Assembly: GCA_024276275.1 (NCBI GenBank)
Contig: JAJRXM010000018.1
Span: forward strand, 20,324 to 84,323
DNA: 64,000 nucleotides
Origin: Candidatus Zixiibacteriota bacterium
Lineage (GTDB): Bacteria; Zixibacteria; MSB-5A5; GN15; FEB-12
Direction of reading: 5' to 3'
Of the stretch, positions 18,580 to 28,752 are shown one piece after another (position 1 is the first letter of the stretch; the number at the start of each line of letters is the position of its first letter). The notes below the pieces were generated by a model that was not told where the DNA came from, did no database searches, and saw only the letters and a list, made by a program, of their open reading frames with translations. A program made the translations under genes and the position numbers.

Positions 18580-21500
18580 ATGAGAAAAACTTTTATTTAT
18601 TTAATCGTCAGTATTCTATTATTATCTTCATTTGCTGTTGCAGCACCACTTTTTAAAGTTAAATCAACTTCACAAGTACAAAACAAGCAGGATTATGTTG
18701 AGGGACAAATTATTGTAAAATTCAGGGAAGGGTTTGATGACTCTAAGCTTATCAGTAGTTTATCAAGTGCGGTAATCGGTGAAGATGTAAAAGGCGGATT
18801 TAAATATATTTCAATATCAGCCGGTAAAACTGTTGAAGAGATGGTGGCAGCATATTCAGCCGATCCAAATGTTTTATATGCCGAGCCGGATTATATCTAT
18901 AGATCTTATGCTGTACCTAATGACCCATTCTATGTGTATCAATGGCATATGCCAATGATAAATATGGAACAAGCTTGGGACCAAAATACAGGCGCAGGTG
19001 TCATTATAGCTGTTTTGGATGTTGGGGTTGCGTATGAAAATTTTGGTGCATTTTCTCAAGCACCTGACTTAGCACAAACTAATTTTGTCCCAGGGTATGA
19101 TTTTATAAATAATGATACTCATCCTAACGACGACAACGGTCACGGAACCCACGTTACCGGTACTATAGCACAATCTACAAATAATAACCTTGGTGTAACA
19201 GGTATTGCATATAATAGTTCAATTATGCCTGTAGAAGTTCTCGATGCCGCCGGTAGCGGTGCAAGTAGTGTTATTGCCAATGGTATCTATTTTGCAGCTG
19301 ATAACGGTGCCCAAGTAATTAATATGAGCTTGGGGTCAAGTTTTCTCTCTACAACAATACAAGACGCATGTAATTATGCTAAGAACAAAGGTGTAACTAT
19401 TATATGTGCGGCAGGTAATTCAGGACAAAGAATTTTAGAATATCCTGCTGCTTTGGATGCTTGTGTTTCTGTGTCAGCAGTACGTTTTGATTCTACTTTA
19501 GCCGGTTATTCTACCTATAATGATTCTGTAGATATTACTGCTCCGGGTGGTGATACTGGTATTGACCAAGATGGTGACGGTTATGTTGATGGAGTTTTAC
19601 AACAAACTCATGACGGTGTAAATTATTCAACATTCGGTTATTATTTCTATCAAGGTACATCAATGGCGTGTCCTCATGTTGCCGGTGTTGCTGCATTGGT
19701 AATCTCTGCTTCTGGGGGTACATTGACTCCTGATGAAGTACAGGCTATTCTACAAAATTCAGCTGTAGATTTAGGTGCTGCAGGATGGGATAACCGATAT
19801 GGTCATGGACTTCTCGATGCTAATGCTGCTGTTCTGGCTGTAGCTTCTAATACGAATCCTCCTATTGCTGATTTCTCAGGTACGCCATTGTCAGGAACAG
19901 TTCCATTGACGGTTAACTTCTCTGACCTTTCTACTAATGCTCCTACTTCTTGGACATGGGATTTGGTGACGGTGGAACTTCCACTGCTCAAAACCCGTCG
20001 TATACTTATAATACTTCCGGTACTTATACAGTAGCGTTGACAGCGACTAATGCAAACGGTTCTAATACAAAAACATCTGTAAATTATATAACAGTTAACC
20101 CTTGTGTTAATCCAACTGCATCTTTTAGTGGTTCGCCTACCTCAGGTACAGAACCGTTGACAGTTAACTTCTCTGATGCATCTTCAGGTGCGACATCCTG
20201 GAGTTGGGCATTCGGTGACGGTGGTACATCTACGGCACAAAACCCGTCATATACGTATGCTGCCGCAGGTACTTATTCGGTAACATTGACCGCTACTAAC
20301 TCCTGTGGTTCTAATACATCTACAATGACTAACTATATAACAGTTAATCCTTGTGTCGGACCGACAGCAGGGTTCTCTGGAACACCTCTGTCAGGAGATT
20401 ATCCATTGGTTGTCAGTTTTACTGACGCTTCAAGCGGTGCGACATCATATTCGTGGGACTTTGGTGACGGTGGAACATCAACGGCTGCCAATCCTTCTTA
20501 CACATATACTGCTGCAGGTACATATACAGTTTCTCAAACTGTTACGAACTCCTGTGGTTCAAATACATCAACTCAACTGAACTATATTACGGTTACTACT
20601 CCGCCATGTAATGCTCCGGTTGCTTCTTTAAGCGGTAATCCTACATCAGGAGACTATCCGCTTACTGTAAACTTTAGTGATGGTTCTTCCAATAGCCCGA
20701 CCTCATGGGCTTGGGACTTTGGTGATGGTGGAACTTCTTCTGCTCAAAACCCATCGTATACATATAATTCAGCCGGTACATATTCTGTATCACTGACAGC
20801 TACAAATAGTTGCGGTTCAAACTCAACTACGATGACAAACTATATCACTGTAACTACCCCACCATGTAACGCTCCTGTAGCGTCTTTCTCAGGTTCACCT
20901 ACAAGTGGAAATGCACCATTGGCAGTTTCATTCAATGATGCATCTTCAAACAATCCAACTTCATGGGCGTGGGACTTTGGTGATGGTGGAACTTCTTCAG
21001 CACAGAACCCAACATATTCGTATGCTGCTGCAGGTACTTACACAGTATCTATGACAGCAACAAACAGTTGCGGTTCTAATTCATCTACGATGACTAATTA
21101 TATTACAGTTAATTCAGGTCCGGTGACCGGTGAAGGATTTATCCTTTCCCGTAATGCTGATTTCTCTACCGATGACAGGACTTTTGGCAATGCTGAAACT
21201 ATGTATGTCAAGATGTGGTCAGACCAAGTTGACTTTAATGATATTAGTAGAGCTCGGTTTGAATTGAGAAATGCAAACGGTGATAAAGTTAGAACTAATT
21301 TGACTAACCATTTTGATAACACTTATACCGGTTCGTTTAATATGGCGAATCTTCCTACCAATGATGTTGATTGGGAGTGGAAAGGTGAAGTCAAAGATAA
21401 TCCGGGTAATAGATATAAACCTGCTACATTTATTACAATAACAGCAGGACCTCCTCCGGCTCCGGTTGCTGATTTCAGCGGAAACCCGACTTCCGGATTT

Positions 21501-22841
21501 GCTCCACTAGCTGTCAGTTTCTCTGATTTATCAACCAATTCTCCAACCTCTTGGGCTTGGGACTTTGGTGACGGTGGAACATCAACAGCTCAAAACCCAT
21601 CTTACACGTATGCCTCGGCAGGTTCTTATACCGTTAGCCTTACAGCAACGAATGCCGGTGGAACAAATACAAACACGAAAGTAAATTATATTACTGCAAA
21701 TGTTTGTACTGCTCCTACAGCAGGATTCTCCGGAACACCTGTTTCAGGTGATGCTCCGTTGGCAGTCAGTTTCTCTGACGCTTCTTCAGGTGCAACATCA
21801 TGGTCTTGGGATTTTGGTGATGGTGGAACATCTTCTGCTCAGAACCCTAATTATACATATTCTACTCCGGGTACTTATACCGTAAGTATGACTGCGTCTA
21901 ATTCTTGTGGTTCAGATCAAATGATTCAAACCAACTATATAACTGTAAATACTCCTCCATGTAATCCTCCGGTTGCTTCATTCTCAGGAACACCTACAAC
22001 AGGTAATGCACCTTTGAGTGTCAGCTTTACCGATGGTACTTCTAATGCTCCAACCTCTTGGACTTGGGACTTTGGTGACGGTGGAACTTCTACAGCACAA
22101 AATCCAACTTATTCTTATGCGGCAGCAGGAACATATACCGTTTCTATGACAGCTACTAATGCTTGTGGTTCTGATATATCCACAATGACTAATTATATAA
22201 CTGTTAATACCGGTGGACCTGTTACCGGTGAAGGATATATTCTTTCTCGTAATGCTGATTTCTCAACAGATGATCGTAATTTTAACAATAATGAAATCAT
22301 GTATGTCAAAATGTGGTCTGATGTTGTTGATTTTAATGATATTAGTAGAGCACGTTTTGAAATGAAAGATGCTAATAAGAATAGAACCAGAATTGACTTA
22401 ACTAACAACTTTGACGGAACTTTTGTCGGTCAAATGGACTTGATGACTTTACCATCAGGTGCTTCAAGCTGGACTTGGAAAGGTGAACTCAAAGATAACG
22501 GCGGAAATAGATACAAACCTTCAACCAATGTTACTATAAACATGATTGCAAGTAATTCTGTCGGTAATCTTTTAGTCGTAACCTACGGTTTACGTCAAAA
22601 CTATCCGAATCCGTTTAACCCGACTACAAGTATTTCGTTTATGTTGGAAACAGCATGAACTGTCAAACTTGAAGTTTATAATACAAACGGTCAAAGAGTA
22701 AAAACTCTTGTAAGTGGTTCTTTAAATGCAGGACAACATACATATGAGTTTGATGCTTCGAAATTATCATCAGGTGTTTATCTTTATAGATTAACTACTG
22801 ACGGTAAAGTTGAAACAAAGAAAATGTTATTGCTGAAATAG
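18580..22841 (+). pseudogene. secreted S8 subtilisin-family protease with 8 PKD domains, 2 unknown modules and a T9SS C-terminal sorting domain; interrupted by a 1-nt deletion (19962-19964) and an in-frame TGA (22656-22658)
   Basis: Signal peptide. Catalytic D (AVLDVGV), H (HGTHVTGT) and S (GTSMACPHVAG). The tracked ORFs 18580..20034 and 19950..22658 join at WTWD|FGDGG. After the TGA the same frame reads TVKLEVYNTNGQRVKTLVSG..GVYLYRLTTDGKVETKKMLLLK*, which with the upstream NYPNPFNPTTSISF forms a T9SS CTD. Confidence 0.85.
19858..22542 (+). repeat. coding tandem repeats: PKD1-5 (about 255-258 nt each), module A (21123-21446), PKD6-8, module B (22221-22542)
   Basis: Repeated 'FSG.P.SG..PL.V.F.D.S...TSW.WDFGDGGTS.AQNP.Y.Y...GTY.V..TATN..GS......NYITV'. 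Unit starts fall at about 19858, 20103, 20352, 20607, 20865, 21447, about 21705 and about 21960. Modules A and B are recognisably similar at nucleotide level by eye. Confidence 0.85.
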
Positions 22842-22861
22842 CAATTACTTTACCTTAGCTA

Positions 22862-22899
22862 AAAAACTCGTCAGCAGGATGCCGGCGGGTTTTTTTTAT
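22862..22899 (+). terminator. probable rho-independent terminator after the protease gene
   Basis: GC-rich imperfect hairpin (CTCGTC...GGCGGG) followed by a T8 run (22890-22897). Confidence 0.5.
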
Positions 22900-22933
22900 T
22901 GTGATTTATCGATTTTTAGCTTTACTTACCCGA

Positions 22934-23410
22934 ATGAAAAAACAACCTGATAAAATTCGAATTTGTGTGGATGCTATAATATCTATAGACAATAATATTT
23001 TAGTCTGCGATGTAGAGGATAAATCATTTACATATCTACCCGGTGGAGGAATAGAAGTAGGGGAAACTATCCCCGAAGCTTTACACCGAGAAATTCAGGA
23101 AGAATTGCAAAAAGATATAGAGATAGGCACATACGTAGGATATTTTGACCAGCAATTTGAATTAAATGGAAAATATATTCATGAAATCTGTCATATTTTT
23201 AGAGTAAATTTAGTAGGTGTTGATACGACAGAACCGTTGGAATCGTTTGCTGAAGTTCCTTCTGTGCAATGGGTGGCAATAGATGAACTAACTGATGCAA
23301 ATCTGAAACCGGATATTTTACGAACTAAAATACCACAACTGTTTAACAATAATTTTCAGGAAACTTGGCATATATCTCAAAATGAAATTAAGCTGAATAA
23401 AAGTGTATAA
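22934..23410 (+). CDS. NUDIX hydrolase
   Basis: Nudix box GGGIEVGETIPEALHREIQEELQ. The ATG at 22934 is preferred over the GTG at 22901, which lies immediately after the terminator T-run. Confidence 0.8.
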   Translation: MKKQPDKIRICVDAIISIDNNILVCDVEDKSFTYLPGGGIEVGETIPEALHREIQEELQKDIEIGTYVGYFDQQFELNGKYIHEICHIFRVNLVGVDTTEPLESFAEVPSVQWVAIDELTDANLKPDILRTKIPQLFNNNFQETWHISQNEIKLNKSV

Positions 23411-23415
23411 TAATT

Positions 23416-24033
23416 ATGAAAAAAATTATTCTAATATTTGTTAGTCTCGTACTAATTCAATCTACATTAGCCGACTCATTTATAGATTTGCAGGTTATTC
23501 CATATGATTCAGCTAATGCTGAAAATATGAAAATTTGGTTTCCGGTAAAATCAAAATCTTGTCAGGTAAACATACGGATTTTAGATTCTAAAATGAAACA
23601 AGTCAGACTCCTGCTTCATAAAAAATTAAAATACAATTTTTATAATATCTACTGGGATAAAAAAGATGATTCGGGAAATTTTGTTGCTGAGGGTTCCTAT
23701 AAGGTAGGTATTATGTCATGTGATTATAAAAGAATAGTACCGATACATGTTAATTATTCTAACGGCGAAAATGCTGCTCTTGTTTCTGTCGGAACAGATA
23801 TAAATAACCCGTCTCTTGTATTGACTTTACTTAAGGATTCTTTATATGTCTCACTGGAAATTATAAACCGAAGAAAAATACATACAGCGACTCTTTTTAC
23901 CGATAGTTTAATAGTTCAGAAAAATGTTTCTTTAAATTGGAAACCGGATTCAGTTGTACCTTCCGGGAAGTATTTTTATAAGTTGAAATTTAATGATTTT
24001 ACACAATTGATACCTTTTAGATATAAAAAATGA
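23416..24033 (+). CDS. secreted hypothetical protein with FlgD-Ig-like segment
   Basis: Signal peptide. 'YWDKKDDSGNFVAEGSYKV' resembles FlgD Ig-like / T9SS-CTD-like beta-sandwiches. Confidence 0.5.
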   Translation: MKKIILIFVSLVLIQSTLADSFIDLQVIPYDSANAENMKIWFPVKSKSCQVNIRILDSKMKQVRLLLHKKLKYNFYNIYWDKKDDSGNFVAEGSYKVGIMSCDYKRIVPIHVNYSNGENAALVSVGTDINNPSLVLTLLKDSLYVSLEIINRRKIHTATLFTDSLIVQKNVSLNWKPDSVVPSGKYFYKLKFNDFTQLIPFRYKK

Positions 24034-24506
24034 AACCATTATTAAAAATTGTAATTCTTACTATATCTTTCTGTTTACTTTTACTTATGATATCTTCTTG
24101 TGGTAAGAAACAGACTCTCATATATAATAATCCTGCTTTGCAACACGGGACAGGATTTTATGAACGAGCCTGGGTAGACCCGCAAATCAAATATACCGAT
24201 TCTTTGATAACTATTATAAAGGCTTCCCGAGTTGATTCTTTTTATGTAGATAAACCTGCCCCCAAATTTAAAGATGGTTTAATCTCTTTAGCTTTTGAAG
24301 TGAAAGAGCCGAACTGTTTCACTTCGGTACTTCCGTTGGATAATTTTGGAAACCTACTTTCAGTTTTGGTCGCCGATGAGTTGTCTGTTGGTTATTACAA
24401 GGTAACTCTGCAATCATCACAAATTTCATACGTGCAACCGTCTGCCGAACGTTTCTTTTTGAAAGTAGATTTTTGCGGATTCTCTGTTATAGAAGAGATC
24501 AGATAG
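24030..24506 (+). CDS. putative lipoprotein, hypothetical
   Basis: ATGA overlap with the previous gene. Signal peptide with lipobox-like MISSCGK. Confidence 0.5.
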   Translation: MKPLLKIVILTISFCLLLLMISSCGKKQTLIYNNPALQHGTGFYERAWVDPQIKYTDSLITIIKASRVDSFYVDKPAPKFKDGLISLAFEVKEPNCFTSVLPLDNFGNLLSVLVADELSVGYYKVTLQSSQISYVQPSAERFFLKVDFCGFSVIEEIR

Positions 24507-24644
24507 TTCTCTTAGTATAGAGAATGTCCAATAATAGTACAGCTTATCAGCTATATCTCAATTGTTTACAACCGATAATATAAATAAGTTCACCGATTTT
24601 GATGAGTCGGTTTGGAAGGTAAAAAAGATTTAACAGGAGTAAAA

Positions 24645-26024
24645 ATGCCAAATATCTTGGTTGTCGATGATAAAGATTCGATGCGCAATATGCTGACCGA
24701 GACCCTGCATGAAGAAGGGTATCGAGTTGACTCAGCCTCGTCCGGTAAAAAAGCTCTCGATTTAATTCATAATAAATCATACGATTTAGTTCTTACAGAT
24801 TTAAAAATGCCCGATGTAGACGGACTGGAAGTCTTAGCTAGTATCAAAGATTTAGATAATGAAACTGCCGTAATACTTATGACTGCATTCGGTACTATTG
24901 AAGATGCTGTTGAAGCTATGAGGCTCGGTGCTTATGATTTTATTACAAAGCCGTTTGATACAGAACATCTTTGTGTATTAGTAAATCGTGCTTTGGAAAA
25001 CAGGCGGTTAGTAGCTGAGAATTCTCTTTTACGTCAGGAACTGTTCGGGTCATCTAATTTTGGACAGATTATCGGTAAAAATGAAAAGATGATTGAAGTA
25101 AGTAAACTTATTCAAAAAGTTGCTTCATCAGATGCCTCGGTTCTACTGCAAGGCGAATCAGGTACCGGTAAAGAACTATTTGCCCGGGCGATTCATACTT
25201 TATCTTTTAGAAAAGATAAACCGTATATAGCTCTCAACTGTGCCGCAATTCCGGGTGAGCTTTTAGAAAATGAATTATTCGGTTCTGAAAAAGGTGCCTT
25301 TACCGGAGCGCATGCTCGTAAAATGGGTAAATTTGAAATTGCTCATACCGGTACTATTTTCTTAGATGAAATAGGTGATATGGATATCTCTTTGCAGGCA
25401 AAACTTTTAAGAGTATTACAACAAAAGAATTTTGAACGGTTGGGTGGAACAAAAACTGTTGATGTTGATGTTCGGGTTGTAGCCGCTACCAATATGGATC
25501 TGCCTGAACTAATTCGTCAGAAAAAGTTCCGTGAAGATCTGTTTTATCGCTTGTCTGTTTTTCCGGTTGTTATACCGCCTTTAAGAGACAGGTCCGATGA
25601 TGTCAATGAATTGGCAGAGTTCTTTATTGAAAAGTTCTGTCGGGAAATGAAAAAGCCGATGAAGTCTCTTACAAGAGAAGCGGGGAATTTACTGATGAAA
25701 TATCATTGGCCGGGAAATGTTCGGGAACTTGAAAATACTATGGAACGGTCGATTATTTTAGCCGAGGGTAAAAAAATAACTCCCGACCATTTGGCGATTA
25801 GGCTCAGACGGGATGACGAAGTGCAGTTGCGGGAAGGTGCCGGTCTAAAAGAAATCGGCGGTCATGCCCAGCATAGAGCTGAGAAAGCTGCTATAATAAG
25901 AGTCCTTAAGGAAGTGAGAAATAATAAACGGAAAGCATCAAAGATTTTAAAAATTGACTATACAACATTGTTTGACAAGATAAAAAAGTATGAGATAGAT
26001 AAGGCCATGTCGGAGGGGGCATAG
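24645..26024 (+). CDS. sigma-54-dependent response regulator (NtrC family)
   Basis: AGGAG lies 6 nt upstream of the ATG at 24645. REC domain (ILVVDD..LVLTDLKMP..KP), AAA+ domain (GESGTGKE, GAFTGA, FLDEIG) and a C-terminal Fis-type HTH. Confidence 0.9.
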   Translation: MPNILVVDDKDSMRNMLTETLHEEGYRVDSASSGKKALDLIHNKSYDLVLTDLKMPDVDGLEVLASIKDLDNETAVILMTAFGTIEDAVEAMRLGAYDFITKPFDTEHLCVLVNRALENRRLVAENSLLRQELFGSSNFGQIIGKNEKMIEVSKLIQKVASSDASVLLQGESGTGKELFARAIHTLSFRKDKPYIALNCAAIPGELLENELFGSEKGAFTGAHARKMGKFEIAHTGTIFLDEIGDMDISLQAKLLRVLQQKNFERLGGTKTVDVDVRVVAATNMDLPELIRQKKFREDLFYRLSVFPVVIPPLRDRSDDVNELAEFFIEKFCREMKKPMKSLTREAGNLLMKYHWPGNVRELENTMERSIILAEGKKITPDHLAIRLRRDDEVQLREGAGLKEIGGHAQHRAEKAAIIRVLKEVRNNKRKASKILKIDYTTLFDKIKKYEIDKAMSEGA

Positions 26025-26052
26025 CGACTTCATAGGTATATCAGAGAAAAAA

Positions 26053-26077
26053 GGCTGTCAGTTTTGACAGTCTTTTC
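26053..26077 (+). terminator. rho-independent terminator after the NtrC-family gene
   Basis: CTGTCA-gttt-TGACAG stem (26055-26070) followed by TCTTTT. Confidence 0.6.
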
Positions 26078-26252
26078 CACATCTGGAATATAGATGGAAT
26101 TTATCGGCACATCTTTCTTATTGACAATCGTCAACATTATTTCGACCTTAACAGCAAGTACTTTCATAGAGTCTTACTCACAAATTGCCGGAAACATCTT
26201 TGTCCGTCACCTATTGCCGACCGGCATACTTTTATTTTATGGAGTGTCGTTA

Positions 26253-26792
26253 ATGAACGGCTCAATAATAAATCGTTCGGTTTTAATGCTGAACCAAAAC
26301 TATGAACCTCTCACGGTCTGTTCTGCCCGTCGTGCAATTGTGCTTTCGTTTCAGGGTAAGGTCGAGATTATTGCCAATAAACAGGATACACCTATCCGTA
26401 CGGTAAGAAAAGATTATGCTCTTCCAGCGGTAATCAGATTATGGCAGTACAAACATGTTCCTTTTAAACGGATTGTTTTAACACGTAAAAATATTCTTAT
26501 AAGAGACCACAAACGCTGTCAGTATTGCTCTACTACAAAAGGGATAATGACTGTTGATCATATTATTCCGAAAACATTGGGAGGAAAAGACAGTTGGGAA
26601 AATATGGTCTGTTCCTGTGCTAGGTGTAATAACAAAAAAGGGGATATGACCCCTGACAAAGTCGGAATGAAATTGTTGCGAAAACCGACCCGTCCGACTT
26701 TTATTACATTTATCCAACGAAACTATTCTGTTGATGAACTTTGGAAACCGTACCTTTTTATCGACTCTACACAGTTCTCCGCAACAACTTAG
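26253..26792 (+). CDS. HNH endonuclease (McrA-like, stand-alone)
   Basis: CQYC...DHIIPKTLGGKDSWENMVCSCARCNNKKG is an HNH motif with two CxxC pairs. The internal ATG at 26253 has GGAG upstream. The tracked N-terminal extension from 26094 starts right after a terminator. Confidence 0.8.
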   Translation: MNGSIINRSVLMLNQNYEPLTVCSARRAIVLSFQGKVEIIANKQDTPIRTVRKDYALPAVIRLWQYKHVPFKRIVLTRKNILIRDHKRCQYCSTTKGIMTVDHIIPKTLGGKDSWENMVCSCARCNNKKGDMTPDKVGMKLLRKPTRPTFITFIQRNYSVDELWKPYLFIDSTQFSATT

Positions 26793-26920
26793 GCACATTA
26801 ATCAAACAAACTCACTTAGATTTTAAGTTACCGATTGAGGGTAAAAATAAGATAGTTTTTAATTGATTTTATTTACCTTTCTGTGTACTATTTGTCTGGA
26901 AAAGTCCGGTAATTTGACAA

Positions 26921-27934
26921 ATGAAAGAACTATCAGCAATGACAGATGCTATAAAAAAAGAAACAATCCTTTCAGGCATGCAGCCGACCGGGTCACTTCA
27001 TGTTGGTAATTTAGAAGGTGCCTTACGGAATTGGGTCGAATTACAAGACAAATATTGGATGTACTGCTGTATTGTTGATTTACATGCTCTTACCGCTGAT
27101 TATAAAAATACAAAACCATTAAAAGATAAAATATTTCAAATGGCTGTCGATTTTCTTTCAGCCGGTTTAGACCCTGAAAAATGTGCGATATTTATCCAGT
27201 CGGAAGTACCCCAGCATGCCGAACTACATCTGCTCTTTTCTATGCTTATTACTGTTCCGACATTGACCCGCATGCCGACCTATCAGGAGAAAAAAGAAAC
27301 ACTCGACTCTTACGGGTTTTTAGGTTATCCGGTTTTACAGGCAGCAGATATTTGTCTTTACAATGCCGATAAAGTGCCGGTCGGCAAAGATCAGGAAAAA
27401 CATATTTGGCTTGCCAAAGATTTAGCACAACGGTTTAATTCTATTTATAAAAAAACTTTCAAAGAACCGGAAGCTCTGTTTACGACAATTCCTCTTATTT
27501 TAGGTTCAGATAATCGTAAAATGTCAAAGTCGTATGATAATCATATACCTTTAGAGTTCACTGAAAAACAGACAGAAAAACGGTTAAAGTCATTTTATAC
27601 CGACCCGAATAAACAACGCAAAGGCGACCCGGGAAATCCTGACGGTTGTCCGATATTTTTACTGCACAAAGTGTACTCTGAAAATCCCGAACAAGATATT
27701 GCCCCCGAATGTAAAAGTGGTGCTTTGGGATGTGTCGATTGTAAAATGAAACTGAATAAAAATCTCAATGACGCCCTGAGACCTATTCGGGATAAGCGGA
27801 TTGAACTTTTACAAGATACCGACCATGTCTGGGATGTTTTAGCAACCGGAGGAGAGCGGGCAAGACAAAGAGCATCAAATATGATGGAAAAGGTCAGCTC
27901 GGCTATGAAAATATCCTATCGAAAGAAGAAGTAA
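26921..27934 (+). CDS. trpS: tryptophan--tRNA ligase
   Basis: Class I motifs: SGMQPTGSLHVGNLEG (HIGH-type) and KMSKS. The ~330 aa length and the YPVLQAADI motif are typical of TrpRS. Confidence 0.88.
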   Translation: MKELSAMTDAIKKETILSGMQPTGSLHVGNLEGALRNWVELQDKYWMYCCIVDLHALTADYKNTKPLKDKIFQMAVDFLSAGLDPEKCAIFIQSEVPQHAELHLLFSMLITVPTLTRMPTYQEKKETLDSYGFLGYPVLQAADICLYNADKVPVGKDQEKHIWLAKDLAQRFNSIYKKTFKEPEALFTTIPLILGSDNRKMSKSYDNHIPLEFTEKQTEKRLKSFYTDPNKQRKGDPGNPDGCPIFLLHKVYSENPEQDIAPECKSGALGCVDCKMKLNKNLNDALRPIRDKRIELLQDTDHVWDVLATGGERARQRASNMMEKVSSAMKISYRKKK

Positions 27935-28749
27935 TGGAAAACGAATTACAAAATAACGATACATAAGTACATAATTCAGATTATCAGGTTGACCTGGCTG
28001 TTTTTCACGGACCTCTTGATTTACTTTTATATCTTATCAAAAAAGAAGAAGTTGATATTTATGATATTCCTATTGCCAAAATCACTAAGCAGTATCTTAA
28101 ATATGTAGAAATGATGACAACTTTGGATTTAGAAATCGCAGGTGATTTTATATTGATGGCAGCTACACTGATACGTATAAAGACAAGACTGCTGTTACCT
28201 CGTGATGTGGAAAACGAAGATGAACATGATCCGCGTGAAGAGCTTATCATGGCTTTAATTGAGTATAAAAAATATAAAGAAGCAGGCGAGATACTAAAAG
28301 ATAAAGCTCTTATGGAAGAGCAGAACTATATTCCGACCTCACCGGTAACAAAAATTGACGGCAAAGTGGAATTACAACAGGTAACTACGTTGTTTGATTT
28401 AGTAGGAGCTTTTAAAGATATAATGACTGCTAAAAAAGAAGAGACCTTTCATGATGTTGAAAATGAAGAGATTTCAATTGAAGAGCGTATTATTTTTGTC
28501 TTGACTGCTTTGAAGTTGAAAGAGTTCGCAACATTTCAGGAATTGTTTTCAGATATCCCGAAAAAAATTGCAGCGGTTGTAACATTTATAGCATTACTGG
28601 AACTGACTCGTTCAAAACGTATTGCTATCTTTCAATCGGCTCCGTTTTCAGAACTTCGTGTCTATCGGGGTGAACAATATGATGCCGGAAATTTAGATAT
28701 CGATTTAATTGATGTTACTGCTATTAAAAGTAATAATGTGGAAGAATAG
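27934..28749 (+). pseudogene. scpA: segregation and condensation protein A with an in-frame TAA at codon 11 (tracked ORF 28111..28749 lacks the conserved N-terminus)
   Basis: The ATG at 27934 overlaps the trpS stop (TAATG). The frame reads [66 protein letters not shown]... The YQV..F.GPLDLLL.LI block is the conserved ScpA N-terminus, and no ATG/GTG/TTG lies in-frame between the TAA and that block. Confidence 0.8.
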
Positions 28750-28752
28750 ATT

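Noticed and set aside
19858-22542. Regular ~255-bp repeats that could superficially suggest a CRISPR or satellite array
   Set aside because: The repeats are in-frame PKD domains within one ORF. There are no short direct repeats with unique spacers anywhere in the window.
22656-22658. TGA as selenocysteine, or as a sense codon under genetic code 4 or 25
   Set aside because: TGA clearly terminates other genes here: 1308..1916 stops just after the downstream gene's start, and the buk stop sits in an ATGA overlap at 32378-32381. The site is in a sorting domain, not a redox motif, and no SECIS-like hairpin is evident.
26094-26252. 53-codon N-terminal extension of the HNH endonuclease ORF
   Set aside because: It starts 17 nt after a terminator hairpin. 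It is hydrophobic junk unlike HNH proteins, and an internal ATG with GGAG gives a normal ~180-aa HNH protein.
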